A DNA stretch of 64,000 nucleotides from positions 34,674 through 98,673 of the forward strand of contig SVFC01000007.1 in assembly GCA_015057035.1 (NCBI GenBank). The letters run 5' to 3'. Made by a program: the position numbers and the translations under genes. The DNA comes from Lachnospiraceae bacterium. Its GTDB lineage: Bacteria; Bacillota; Clostridia; Lachnospirales; Lachnospiraceae. This document shows positions 31,332-41,175 of this stretch, piece by piece (the first letter of the stretch is position 1; every line of letters starts with the position of its first letter). The notes under the pieces are model-generated. The model saw nothing but the letters and a program-made list of their open reading frames with translations, was not told where the DNA came from and did not search any database.

Positions 31332-31394
31332 TTGACAGTATAAAAAATAAGATGTAGTATAAAACTATATTAGATATGGTTTTAAAAACTACAT
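31332..31394 (+). promoter_or_regulatory. sigma-A promoter with overlapping palindromic operator
   Basis: TTGACA-17 bp-TAGTAT, then AAAACTATAT-tag-ATATGGTTTT nested inside atgtagt...actacat. Confidence 0.55.
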
Positions 31395-31434
31395 CATAAA
31401 GTGTGCAAATTCAAAATCTGTGGGAGGTAGTATT

Positions 31435-32085
31435 ATGCAGATTACAATTAGAGAACCAGGAAGTGCAATTACACATTATATTGGAATGATGATGGCTTTG
31501 ATAGCGGCAGTGCCGCTGGTGATTAAGGCCAGTTTATCCCAGAATATGCTTTGTATTATTGCAATGGTAATATTTATCGGAAGTATGGTGCTTTTATACG
31601 GAGCTAGTGCCACATATCATGCAGTGAATCTTACAGGAAAAGCTTTAAAGGCTTTTAAGAAAATCGATCATATGATGATTTTTGTATTGATCGCTGGATC
31701 CTATACACCCGTATGTTTGTTGGTGTTAGAACCTGATGTTGGGTTACCACTGTTGGGATTGGTATGGGGAACGGCAGTAATAGGAATGCTGATTAAATTG
31801 TTTTGGGTAACCTGTCCAAAATGGTTTTCTTCCATCATATACATTGCCATGGGATGGGAATGTGTATTGGTATTTGGACCTCTGGTAGAAACTTTGGAGA
31901 CAGGCGCCTTCTGGTGGCTTTTGATTGGTGGTTTGTTTTATACGGTAGGTGGTGTGATTTACGCCTTGAAGATTCCATTTTTGAACCATCTTCATAAGTA
32001 TTTTGGACTACATGAGATTTTTCATCTGTTTATTATGGCTGGAAGCGTATGCCACTTTGTATTTATGTTTAATTATGTAATATAA
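31435..32085 (+). CDS. hemolysin III / PAQR family membrane protein
   Basis: REPGSAITH, SATYH, KIDHMMIFVLIAGSYTP, HEIFH, H. Confidence 0.92.
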   Translation: MQITIREPGSAITHYIGMMMALIAAVPLVIKASLSQNMLCIIAMVIFIGSMVLLYGASATYHAVNLTGKALKAFKKIDHMMIFVLIAGSYTPVCLLVLEPDVGLPLLGLVWGTAVIGMLIKLFWVTCPKWFSSIIYIAMGWECVLVFGPLVETLETGAFWWLLIGGLFYTVGGVIYALKIPFLNHLHKYFGLHEIFHLFIMAGSVCHFVFMFNYVI

Positions 32086-32235
32086 TCGAAAATGGATTAG
32101 AACTGGAAGTGTTGTAGTAAATCTACAATAGTTCCAGTTTTTTACTTTTCTAAGTAAATAACTATTTTCAATTGTGTCAGAAAATGGTATGCTAAATTAT
32201 ATTGTAAACAATTGTTGTTAAGGAGAACAAAACGG

Positions 32236-33348
32236 ATGAAAAAATTGGGATTTGGACTTATGAGACTGCCGCTTTTGGATGAAAATGATGGGAAATCTGT
32301 CAATGTAGAACGTGTAAAAGTGATGGCAGATAGATTCATGGAAGAAGGCTTTACCTATTTTGATACTGCAGCACCATATCATGGATTACAGAGTGAAGCG
32401 GCTTTTCGTGAAGCAGTAGTGAAGCGTTATCCAAGAGAGACTTATACAATCACAGATAAATTCTCTATGTGGATGATTAATGAAGAGATGGATATGGAGA
32501 CTTTCTTCCAGGGACAGTTGGACCGCCTTGGAGTGGAATATATGGATATTTATTTGCTTCATGCCATGAATCGTAATCGTTTCGAAGATGCCAAGAAGAT
32601 GGGCGTTTTGGAATTTGTAAATCAGAAGAAGGCAGAAGGCAAAATCAAACATATTGGTTTTTCTTTCCATGATACTGCAGACGCTTTGGAAAACATCCTT
32701 AATGAATGGCCAGAAGCAGAGTATGTACAGCTTCAGCTCAATTATCTGGACTGGGAAGACGAACGTGTTCAGTCTAGAAAATGTTATGAAGTAGCCCTGG
32801 CACATGACAAGAAGATTCTTGTTATGGAACCAATTAAGGGAGGTGTTCTGGCAGTTGTTTCTCCTGTGGTAGAGAAACTCTTCAAAGAATATAACCCAGA
32901 GGCGTCCGTTGCTTCATGGGCAGTTCGTTTTGTGGCAAGTCTTAAGAATGTTGTGATGGTATTGTCAGGTATGAGCGATGAAGCCCAGATGGAAGACAAT
33001 CTAAGCTACATGAAAGAATTTGAACCAATGAATGAGGAAGAACTTCAATTGGTAATGAAGGCTGCGGACATTATTCGTAACGATATCGCAGTGCCATGCA
33101 CAGGCTGCCGTTATTGTGTGGATGATTGTCCAATGAAGATAGCAATTCCTGATTATTTCAAGGTATATAATCGTTTGAAACAGTTCCAGGGATTAAAACT
33201 TGAGGATCGCCGCAATGAATACAATCGTGTGGCAGAGAATAACGGCAAAGCTTCCGAATGTATTGAATGTGGCATGTGCGAAGGCCATTGCCCACAGAAT
33301 ATTGAAATCCGCAAGGTATTAAAAGATGTGGCGGCAAGTCTGGAATAA
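32236..33348 (+). CDS. aldo/keto reductase with C-terminal 4Fe-4S dicluster domain
   Basis: LGFGLMRLP, YFDTA..Y, IGFSFH, MEPIKGG, CTGCRYC...CP, CIECGMCEGHCPQ. Confidence 0.9.
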   Translation: MKKLGFGLMRLPLLDENDGKSVNVERVKVMADRFMEEGFTYFDTAAPYHGLQSEAAFREAVVKRYPRETYTITDKFSMWMINEEMDMETFFQGQLDRLGVEYMDIYLLHAMNRNRFEDAKKMGVLEFVNQKKAEGKIKHIGFSFHDTADALENILNEWPEAEYVQLQLNYLDWEDERVQSRKCYEVALAHDKKILVMEPIKGGVLAVVSPVVEKLFKEYNPEASVASWAVRFVASLKNVVMVLSGMSDEAQMEDNLSYMKEFEPMNEEELQLVMKAADIIRNDIAVPCTGCRYCVDDCPMKIAIPDYFKVYNRLKQFQGLKLEDRRNEYNRVAENNGKASECIECGMCEGHCPQNIEIRKVLKDVAASLE

Positions 33349-33399
33349 TCCATCGCACGATACATATAAGAAGAGAACGATAGAAAAGAGTTATTTACT

Positions 33400-34515
33400 A
33401 TGATTCAGAGAGTAATAGAATTTTGTAAAAAAGAAGTAGTTTTAGTGGTGGCAACTGTCTTGGCAGTTGCCTCTGCCTTTGTTGTGCCGCCTTCAGCGGA
33501 ATATTGGGGATATATTGACTGGCATGTGCTGGGTGTATTGCTAAGCCTTATGATTGTTATGGCGGGATTGCAGAAGAATGGTCTGTTTGATGCTTTGGGG
33601 GAAGCACTTTTATCTCGTACAAAAAAAGTCTGGCAATTGGTAGTGGTGCTGGTTATGCTATGCTTTTTCCTTAGTATGGCAATCACCAATGACGTAGCGC
33701 TAATTACTTTTGTGCCTTTTGCAGTTGTGGCGTTAGAAAAATCACAAAAGCAGGACTTGCTTATTCCTGTTGTGGTGTTACAAACGATTGCAGCCAATCT
33801 TGGTAGTATGTTAACTCCAATTGGAAATCCACAGAATCTGTATTTGTATAATCTGTCGGGAATGAATATTGGGGAATTTATTTTGGTAATGCTTCCTTAT
33901 ACTGGAATTTCATTGGCTTTGCTACTAGCAAGCATTTTGCTGCTTAAGGGCAAGAAGGAAGCAGTGATAGTTTCTAATAAAGCAGAAAGTGCATTAGATA
34001 TGAAAAAGATTCTTGTGTATCTAATGTTATTTGTATTAGCATTTTTAGTCGTTTTGAAAGTGTTGCCATTTGAAGTGGTACTTGGGATTACCTTGGTGGT
34101 GGTATTTTTTATGGAGCGTAAAGTGTTAAAAGACGTAGATTATTGTTTGCTCTTAACCTTTATTAGTTTCTTCGTGTTTACTGGAAATATGGGAAATATA
34201 CCTGTAATCAAAAATGCATTACAGCAGTTAGTGGAAGGAAGAGAAGTGTTAATCGGAGTTCTTTCCAGTCAGGCAATCAGTAATGTGCCAGCGGCCTTGT
34301 TGCTATCGGGATTTACTTCGGATTATAAGGCGCTTTTAGTAGGTGTAAATCTAGGCGGACTTGGAACCCTAATTGCATCTATGGCAAGCCTTATTTCTTA
34401 TAAAATTCTTGCAAACAAGTATAATGATAAAAAAGGAAAATATTTCCTGTGGTTTACCCTGGCAAATATTGGATTTTTAGTGATTTTGATGATATTAAAT
34501 GTTTTAATAAAATAA
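33400..34515 (+). CDS. ArsB/NhaD/SLC13-type anion permease
   Basis: ITNDVALITFVP, AANLGSMLTPIGNPQN, ISNVPAA, GTLIASMASL. Confidence 0.85.
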   Translation: MIQRVIEFCKKEVVLVVATVLAVASAFVVPPSAEYWGYIDWHVLGVLLSLMIVMAGLQKNGLFDALGEALLSRTKKVWQLVVVLVMLCFFLSMAITNDVALITFVPFAVVALEKSQKQDLLIPVVVLQTIAANLGSMLTPIGNPQNLYLYNLSGMNIGEFILVMLPYTGISLALLLASILLLKGKKEAVIVSNKAESALDMKKILVYLMLFVLAFLVVLKVLPFEVVLGITLVVVFFMERKVLKDVDYCLLLTFISFFVFTGNMGNIPVIKNALQQLVEGREVLIGVLSSQAISNVPAALLLSGFTSDYKALLVGVNLGGLGTLIASMASLISYKILANKYNDKKGKYFLWFTLANIGFLVILMILNVLIK

Positions 34516-34551
34516 AAAAGAACGTATAAAATTCTGCCAATAAAATAATTG

Positions 34552-34596
34552 TTGAAATTTTAACAAACTATGGTATAATTTTTGTGAACACGTTCA
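34552..34596 (+). promoter_or_regulatory. sigma-A promoter and probable TetR operator
   Basis: TTGAAA-16 bp-TATAAT with an extended TG, followed by palindrome TGAAC-AC-GTTCA just before the RBS. Confidence 0.6.
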
Positions 34597-34611
34597 TAAA
34601 AGGAGACAACT

Positions 34612-35157
34612 ATGCCAAAAATTATTGAAGGTGTAAGAGAAAATATTCTAGAAACAGCGAAAAAAATGCTTTTTACAGAAGGGTATCAAAGCATTTCAAT
34701 TCGAAGTGTTGCAAAGTCCTGTGGAATTGCAACGGGAACATTCTATAATTATTTTGAAAATAAAGAAGTTCTCATTGCAAGTATTATGGTGCAGGATTGG
34801 CAAATTGCCCTGAGCAAAATGGAGAAAGTAGTGTCAAAAGCAACATGTGTCTGGAATGGAATGGAAGGCATCTACCAAGCAATTAAAGACTTCGTAGAAA
34901 TATATGACAATATATGGAAACAGTCTGGGCCAACAGGTGCTTCCGCGATTACTATGGAACGCCATCATTTTCTCTGCCAGCAGATTGGTGGAATAGTAGA
35001 AATCCTTTTATGTAACAAAGGCTATGAGGAGAAAAAAGATTTTGCTATTTTTTTAGCAGAAAATGTATTATCCTCTGCCACGAAAACATATCTATTACCA
35101 CAGTTTAAGGAAATGGTGGAGACAATGTTCCCACCACGAGGAGGAGATCATGAGTAG
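34612..35157 (+). CDS. TetR/AcrR family regulator
   Basis: ILETAKKMLFTEGY...SIRSVAKSCGIATGTFYNYFENKE. Confidence 0.9.
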   Translation: MPKIIEGVRENILETAKKMLFTEGYQSISIRSVAKSCGIATGTFYNYFENKEVLIASIMVQDWQIALSKMEKVVSKATCVWNGMEGIYQAIKDFVEIYDNIWKQSGPTGASAITMERHHFLCQQIGGIVEILLCNKGYEEKKDFAIFLAENVLSSATKTYLLPQFKEMVETMFPPRGGDHE

Positions 35158-36076
35158 TTTTAAGGATTTAAGAATCGTAGACAACTTCTATCAGACATCA
35201 TCTTTCTTTCCAATGCCAACAGTTATGATTGGAACATTGACAGAAGATGGTAAGACCACATTTGGTGCATATTCTTTAGTTCAGCCATATTACATTGCTG
35301 GCAAAGATTACTATGCAATGCTGTTATGCTGCCGTAACTCATCAAATACAGCACAGAACATTTTAAGAAGCAAAAAATGTACATTAAACTTTATCCCAGA
35401 CAAACGTAAATACTTCAAAGAAGCAGTACGTATGGGCTTCCCAGGAGATACTCCAGAAGAAAAAATGAAAGACTGTATCTTTACCTTAGAAGAAGGTTTA
35501 ATGAAGGCTGCTGATCCAGAAGGACAGTATCCAAAGGTTATTGCAGAATGTTTTCAGGCATTCGAATGTACTTGGGTAGACACTCTTGACAATGCTCAGG
35601 ATGACAAGCCAGGCTTACTGAATGGATATCCAGCACCATACCATGATTTTAATGGTATCACATCAGAATTCGGTGCTCACTTTATCTTAAAAGTAGATAA
35701 AATCCTTATGAAAGAAAAATATTACAACGCAATTATCAATGGAGTAAAAGCAGGAGACTTCCCACCAGTTCCAGTAGATTACGGTTACCGTGACTCTAAG
35801 AACTTCTGGTACACCAAGTTCAGAAGACCAATTCCAGAACTTCTTCCTGTACGTGAAACAACGGTTGCTTCTGTAAAATACGCAGCAGACCGTATTGATG
35901 ACAAGATTAAGTTCACAGATGAAGCATGTGCAAAGCTTGTAAAAGTTCCACGTATTTTCTTACCAACAGCATTAAAAGGCTGCGTACAGTGGGCAAGAGA
36001 AAACAATGTTGAACTGATTACAGCAGAACATATGGATATCATCAACGACAAACGTGCAAAGGAGAAAAATAGATAA
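35150..36076 (+). CDS. flavin reductase-like (FMN split-barrel) protein with C-terminal PCP_red-like helical domain
   Basis: FPMPTVMIGT, SSNTAQNI...CTLNFI; tail FTDEA.AKL.KVP.IF....LK.....ARE....IT.EHM. Start ATG 35150 after aggagga. Confidence 0.6.
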   Translation: MSSFKDLRIVDNFYQTSSFFPMPTVMIGTLTEDGKTTFGAYSLVQPYYIAGKDYYAMLLCCRNSSNTAQNILRSKKCTLNFIPDKRKYFKEAVRMGFPGDTPEEKMKDCIFTLEEGLMKAADPEGQYPKVIAECFQAFECTWVDTLDNAQDDKPGLLNGYPAPYHDFNGITSEFGAHFILKVDKILMKEKYYNAIINGVKAGDFPPVPVDYGYRDSKNFWYTKFRRPIPELLPVRETTVASVKYAADRIDDKIKFTDEACAKLVKVPRIFLPTALKGCVQWARENNVELITAEHMDIINDKRAKEKNR

Positions 36077-36924
36077 TGAAGGTTGTATTAGCAGGTGCCT
36101 TTGGTAAATTAGGTACAGATATTTTAATCGAACTCTGCAAACAGGGGCACGAAGTAGTAGCTGCTGACTTAGTAGAAAAACAGTTAGAAGGCTATACATA
36201 TACATGCAAAAAAATCGATGTTACAAATCCAGCAACATTAGAAGGAATTTGTGACGGTGCAGAAGTCATCATCAGCACAGTTGGTTTAACAGGAACCAGT
36301 GCAACAACTACAAACTACGAAATCGACTTAAATGGTAACGTAAATCTTTTAAAAGAAGCACAGAAAGCTGGCGTTAAAACATTCGTATACATTTCTGTTA
36401 TTAAAGCAGACAGCGCACCAGGCGTTCCAATGCTTCACGCAAAATATCTCTTCGAAGAAGAATTAAAGAAGAGTGGTATGAATTACGTAATTCATAGACC
36501 AACAGGCTACTTCTATGATATCGCAAAAGTATTTATGCCAATGATTGAAAAAGGTGAAGTAACACTTCTCGGACAGAAGGCAGCTTACGCCAACGTTCTT
36601 GACACACCAGACTTCGCAGAATTCATCGTGAAACATATGAATGACGAAAAAGCAATGTTTGATGTAGGTGGAAAAGAAACTTATTCTTATGAAGAACTTG
36701 CAAAAATGTTCTTTGATGCAGCTGGAAAAGAACCAGTAATCAAACGTGCGCCAGAATTCTTATTTGATGTTCTTGCATTCATTAACAAATTAAAGAAAAA
36801 CGGTAAAGAAGCCATCCTCAAGTTCTCTAAATGGACACTTACCAATGACTTAGTTGGTGATTCTATTTGTGGAGACGCAAGCTTTAAGGAATATATCTAC
36901 AAACGCTACCAGGAGGAGAAGTAA
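36076..36924 (+). CDS. atypical SDR / NAD(P)H-binding oxidoreductase
   Basis: VLAGAFGKLG, DVTNP, ID..GN.NLL.EA..AGV..FVYIS, AK...EEEL..SG..Y.I.RPTGYF. Confidence 0.85.
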   Translation: MKVVLAGAFGKLGTDILIELCKQGHEVVAADLVEKQLEGYTYTCKKIDVTNPATLEGICDGAEVIISTVGLTGTSATTTNYEIDLNGNVNLLKEAQKAGVKTFVYISVIKADSAPGVPMLHAKYLFEEELKKSGMNYVIHRPTGYFYDIAKVFMPMIEKGEVTLLGQKAAYANVLDTPDFAEFIVKHMNDEKAMFDVGGKETYSYEELAKMFFDAAGKEPVIKRAPEFLFDVLAFINKLKKNGKEAILKFSKWTLTNDLVGDSICGDASFKEYIYKRYQEEK

Positions 36925-36925
36925 T

Positions 36926-37717
36926 ATGTGGGCAGGACTTGGAATTTTATATGTAGTTTGCCTTGTATGTTGTCTCATCGGCTTCTACAAATTTGTATAC
37001 TTTTTATCAGTAGGCTATGGATTTTCCGTTTCTGGTTGCGGTATTGCAATTATGATTATGGACAAATTCAGCCATCTTGAAGTGATTTTAATTGGTCTTA
37101 TTCTTGTGGCATATGGTATTCGCCTTGGCGGATTCCTTCTCTGGAGAGAAATCAAGAGTGCAGCTTACAAGAAAACTTTGGCAGAAGCATCTGGTGAAAA
37201 ACCAATGCCTGTATTTGTAAAAGCAACAATCTGGCTTTGCGTAGGCCTTATGTACGTAGCTCAGGTTTCACCAGTGTACTTCCGTGTACATAACGGGGAA
37301 GGCCTTGGCGTAACAGGATATGTTGGAGCAGTAGTAATGCTGATTGCTCTTATCATTGAAAGTATTGCTGACAAACAGAAATCTGCAGCAAAAGCAATTA
37401 ATCCAAAGCGTTTCTGCGACACAGGATTGTACAAAATCGTTCGTTGCCCTAATTACTTAGGAGAAATGTTATTCTGGACAGGCGTTGTTATTACAGGTTT
37501 CGGCGCATTAAATGGATGGTTACAGTGGGGAATCGCAATCGTTGGTTATATCTTAATCATCTATGTTATGTTAAGTGGTGCTAAGAGACTTGAGATTCGC
37601 CAGAACAAGAACTATGGCGAGGATCCTGAATATCAGGCATATGTGAAGAAAACACCTATCGTACTTCCTCTTGTTCCTCTTTATCATTTAGAGAACGTAA
37701 AGGGAATTGTAGTGTAA
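36926..37717 (+). CDS. DUF1295 (steroid 5-alpha reductase-like) membrane protein
   Basis: YGIRLGGFL..R, ESIADKQK, FCDTGLY..VRCPNYLGE..FW, EYQAY..KTP. Confidence 0.85.
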   Translation: MWAGLGILYVVCLVCCLIGFYKFVYFLSVGYGFSVSGCGIAIMIMDKFSHLEVILIGLILVAYGIRLGGFLLWREIKSAAYKKTLAEASGEKPMPVFVKATIWLCVGLMYVAQVSPVYFRVHNGEGLGVTGYVGAVVMLIALIIESIADKQKSAAKAINPKRFCDTGLYKIVRCPNYLGEMLFWTGVVITGFGALNGWLQWGIAIVGYILIIYVMLSGAKRLEIRQNKNYGEDPEYQAYVKKTPIVLPLVPLYHLENVKGIVV

Positions 37718-37729
37718 AAAAGGAGAGTT

Positions 37730-38362
37730 GTGAAAATGAACGGAATTACCGTGCCTATGGCAATTGTGGATTTTATCCCAGTACTTATGTTTTTCTTTGC
37801 AGCATGCTTGCTGCTTAAGGACCTGTATAATAAAATGACAAAAGGTGCATACGCACTTCTTGCAACAGGTTCTATTATGGTACTTATCGGTGGATTCTAC
37901 AAAGCATTATGGAAAATCCTTTATGCATTAAACATTTGCGATTATCCATTATTAAGCGAAAGCTTTTTCCCAATCCAGGGAACAGGTTTCTTGCTTGTAT
38001 TCCTTGCTTTAGTTGGAATGTTTACACCACATAATAAAAAGAATGTTACACTGAATTCAGCAGCAGTTGTTCCAGTATTGGATTCCTCTATGCCATTCGT
38101 AATCTTGCAGATTATCGGATGTGCAGGAATGCAGTTTACATTATTTGGAATCTCTCTTAAGATGAAAAAGAAAAATGCGGCAGTTTGCTACATCGTTGCA
38201 TTTATCTTTATGCTTGCTATGGGATACCTTTCAGCGAAGTTTGATGATACTCCAGGAATGCATTGGGTAGCACAGCTTACCAATACTATTTCTCAGGGAT
38301 CACTACTTCTTGGAACATGGATTCTCCATAAAGCAGGTTTAGCAGAGAAGAATTTGTGGTAA
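37730..38362 (+). CDS. hypothetical multi-pass membrane protein
   Basis: About 6-7 hydrophobic helices; RBS aggag; last gene of the TetR operon. Confidence 0.7.
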   Translation: MKMNGITVPMAIVDFIPVLMFFFAACLLLKDLYNKMTKGAYALLATGSIMVLIGGFYKALWKILYALNICDYPLLSESFFPIQGTGFLLVFLALVGMFTPHNKKNVTLNSAAVVPVLDSSMPFVILQIIGCAGMQFTLFGISLKMKKKNAAVCYIVAFIFMLAMGYLSAKFDDTPGMHWVAQLTNTISQGSLLLGTWILHKAGLAEKNLW

Positions 38363-38393
38363 ACATTTGTGTGAATGGAATTTAAGAAAGTGT

Positions 38394-38438
38394 AAAAAAA
38401 TTGAGATTAAGCGCAATACGCTTAATCTCAATTTTTTT
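38394..38438 (+). terminator. intrinsic terminator
   Basis: aaaaaaattgagattaagcg-caata-cgcttaatctcaattttttt perfect 20-bp inverted repeat. Confidence 0.8.
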
Positions 38439-38573
38439 GGCTTGCGGGGAAAGTTAAGGAAAAAAGCTTACCTCTTAACGTTGAAAAATTACCTGTCACC
38501 TCACAACTATTGCCATAGAAAGACATATCTGTTAAAGTCTCATTATCAAATAACAAAAAGGACGGGAATAAAG

Positions 38574-39284
38574 ATGAGTAAATTTGTAAATGTATCAGAA
38601 GAAGTCAAGAAATTAGACATAGAATTCAGTTGCGGTGAACTGGAAGTGCTGACAGGAGAGAATTTTAGCGTGAGTATCGAAGGCGAAGATACAGATAAGA
38701 TTATCATAGAAGAACAGGGCGACCTCCTGAAAATCTATGATGAAAGAAAAGTAACAAAAGTAAAGACGAAGCATTTGTTCTTTAGAAAAAGTGTTGAATC
38801 TGAAAGCTGTCATATCACTATCAAAGTACCAGATGGAAAATCATTCGATAAAATTCATTTACATACAGGTGCGGTAGAAGTTCGTGCAAAAGACTTAATG
38901 ACAGCAATCTTGATTATGAAAATGGGAGTAGGCGACGTAGAAATCAATTCATTAGAAGTAACTAATTATGGTAAGGTATCTGTAGGTACAGGTGATGTGG
39001 AAATACATAGCGGTTGTTTAAATGATATGGATATGAGTTTCGGTGTAGGTGAAGCGGATATTCGTGCAAAATTTACAGGTGCAACTAAAATCAGTGCAGG
39101 TGTAGGCGAATTATCTGTCGACTTGCAGGGTGAAGTTAGCGATTATTGTGTTACTGCAAGCAAAGGAATTGGTTCTGTTTCTGTAGAAGGCATGGATGTA
39201 TCAGGTGATAATACCTATGGCTTTGGCGCAAATGAGGTAAATGTTAGCGGTGGCGTAGGAGCAATCAACATCCGCCTCGTATAA
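38574..39284 (+). CDS. DUF4097 beta-strand repeat protein
   Basis: Repeated (G/S)VG(D/E)V.I motifs, ITIKVP. Start MSKFVN. Confidence 0.75.
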   Translation: MSKFVNVSEEVKKLDIEFSCGELEVLTGENFSVSIEGEDTDKIIIEEQGDLLKIYDERKVTKVKTKHLFFRKSVESESCHITIKVPDGKSFDKIHLHTGAVEVRAKDLMTAILIMKMGVGDVEINSLEVTNYGKVSVGTGDVEIHSGCLNDMDMSFGVGEADIRAKFTGATKISAGVGELSVDLQGEVSDYCVTASKGIGSVSVEGMDVSGDNTYGFGANEVNVSGGVGAINIRLV

Positions 39285-39356
39285 CCAAGAATAGACACTA
39301 GTAACAACAATCTTTCCCCAATAGTGTTGTTAATAATATACATCTTCTTAGTAACT

Positions 39357-39437
39357 CAAAATCCCCGGGTGTATAATACCATCTCGACGACTTACGTCAG
39401 TCGGAGAAGAGATGGCATTATATATCCGGGGATTTTG
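39357..39437. repeat. long palindromic element (29-bp arms) between convergent genes
   Basis: caaaatccccgggtgtataataccatctc / gagatggcattatatatccggggattttg; loop gacgacttacgtcagtcggagaa. Confidence 0.7.
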
Positions 39438-39458
39438 GGAATATCGAAAAGCTATATT

Positions 39459-40298
39459 CTATAACACTTTTGAAAGAAACTCTTTCGCTCTTGGACTCTT
39501 CGGATTTGAGAAGAACTCCTCAGGAGCTGCTTCTTCCATAATCTTGCCTTCGTCAATGAAGAGAATGCGGTTTGCAACTTCTCTTGCGAAGCCCATTTCG
39601 TGAGTTACAATAATCATTGTAAGGCCTTCGTTGGCAAGGGATTTCATAAGGTCTAAAACTTCGCCAACCATTTCTGGGTCGAGAGCACTGGTAGGCTCGT
39701 CAAAGAGAATCACATCTGGATTCATAGCCAGGGAACGAACAATCGCAACACGCTGTTTCTGCCCACCGGAGAGGGTAGAAGGGTAAACATCTGCTTTTTC
39801 TTCCAAACCGATACGCTGTAGCAATTCAATTGCATTCTCTCGAGCGGACTCTTTAATCTGCGCCTTTGTAGTTGTAATTGGAATTAATTCCTGTTTTTTA
39901 TTAGCACTCTTAAATAGGTTTGTAAATGCAATCCAACGGTTTTTGCGCTTTGCCTTAGCAAGTTCCTGACACTGAACATAAACAGGAGCCAGCATAATGT
40001 TCTGGATTACAGTTTTGTTGTTGAATAAGTTGAAATGCTGGAATACCATTCCCATTTTTCTACGATGAATATTAATGTCAACGGAGAAGTCTGCAATATC
40101 TACACCATTGAAAATAATCTGACCACCAGTTGGATCTTCCATACAGTTTAAGCAACGAAGGAAAGTGCTTTTTCCAGAGCCGGAAGGTCCGATAACACAT
40201 ACAATATCACCTTTGTTGATTTTAACGCTGATACCGTCTAATACGTTTTTGTCACCGAAGTGTTTTTCAAGATTAATTACGTCTATCACTTTTTCCAA
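39459..40298 (-). CDS. polar amino acid ABC transporter ATPase (GlnQ/ArtP-like) with internal insertion
   Basis: [48 protein letters not shown]. Confidence 0.92.
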   Translation of the reverse strand: MEKVIDVINLEKHFGDKNVLDGISVKINKGDIVCVIGPSGSGKSTFLRCLNCMEDPTGGQIIFNGVDIADFSVDINIHRRKMGMVFQHFNLFNNKTVIQNIMLAPVYVQCQELAKAKRKNRWIAFTNLFKSANKKQELIPITTTKAQIKESARENAIELLQRIGLEEKADVYPSTLSGGQKQRVAIVRSLAMNPDVILFDEPTSALDPEMVGEVLDLMKSLANEGLTMIIVTHEMGFAREVANRILFIDEGKIMEEAAPEEFFSNPKSPRAKEFLSKVL

Positions 40299-40983
40299 GG
40301 CTCCTTTCCATAATTTTAATTCCTAAGCTGATAATCAGAACTAATACGATGTAGATGAGCGCCATAACAATGTATGGAACCATAAATTCGTAGCTGTTGG
40401 TACCAATCAGGTTAAATGCTACGTACAAATCAGTTGCACCTACGAAGCTTACAACAGAGGTTTCTTTAATCAGAGCAACGAATTCGTTACCAAGGGTAGG
40501 TAAGATGTTTTTTACCGCCTGTGGAATCACGATTTTCATCATGGTAGTACTAAAACTAAGACCTACTGCACGTCCTGCCTCCATCTGACCTGGATCAACG
40601 GACTGAATACCGCTTCGCATTATTTCAGAGATATATGCGCCACTGTTCAGACCAAATACTAGAATGGATACCTGTACGCCATCCATACGGATTCCCATAA
40701 GGGGAAGTAGTACATAGTAGAAAATCAGAAGCTGTACAACGATTGGAGTTCCACGAAACAGACTTACATAAAAACTACAGATGCCGTTTAATATACGTGG
40801 CATGATTTTGTATTTTGGAATAACGCGGACAGTAGCAATGAGTGTACCGATGAGAATACCGATAATCAAACCGCTTACAGCGATGATAATGGTATTCTGC
40901 AGACCTAGCATAATACGGTCGCATCCACCTTTGTTAAAAAAGATGTCTAGAAAGTTTTCGATTTTTGCTGGAAAATTTCCCAT
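40273..40983 (-). CDS. polar amino acid ABC transporter permease
   Basis: [45 protein letters not shown]. Confidence 0.92.
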   Translation of the reverse strand: MGNFPAKIENFLDIFFNKGGCDRIMLGLQNTIIIAVSGLIIGILIGTLIATVRVIPKYKIMPRILNGICSFYVSLFRGTPIVVQLLIFYYVLLPLMGIRMDGVQVSILVFGLNSGAYISEIMRSGIQSVDPGQMEAGRAVGLSFSTTMMKIVIPQAVKNILPTLGNEFVALIKETSVVSFVGATDLYVAFNLIGTNSYEFMVPYIVMALIYIVLVLIISLGIKIMERSLGKSDRRN

Positions 40984-41079
40984 TTAAGTTTCTCCTATAA
41001 TTGTTTAATGATTAAACATTCTATATATAATGACAAAATGTGATTAATATTCAGTAAGAAAAGTCCTATTAATTATATC

Positions 41080-41157
41080 GCCAAACGCAAGATTCCGCAA
41101 GGAAAAGGCGAGGTTAAGTAACACGTCGAGCCGTTCCTTGCGGAAATTGTGGTTGGC
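41080..41157. repeat. long imperfect hairpin between the SBP and permease genes
   Basis: gccaaacgcaagattccgcaaggaa ... ttccttgcggaaattgtggttggc arms. Confidence 0.6.
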
Positions 41158-41175
41158 ATCAATTTATAGTTTTTT

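Noticed and set aside
38367-38573. N-terminal extension of the DUF4097 ORF given in the ORF track
   Set aside because: It runs through a terminator hairpin; ATG 38574 is the more plausible start.
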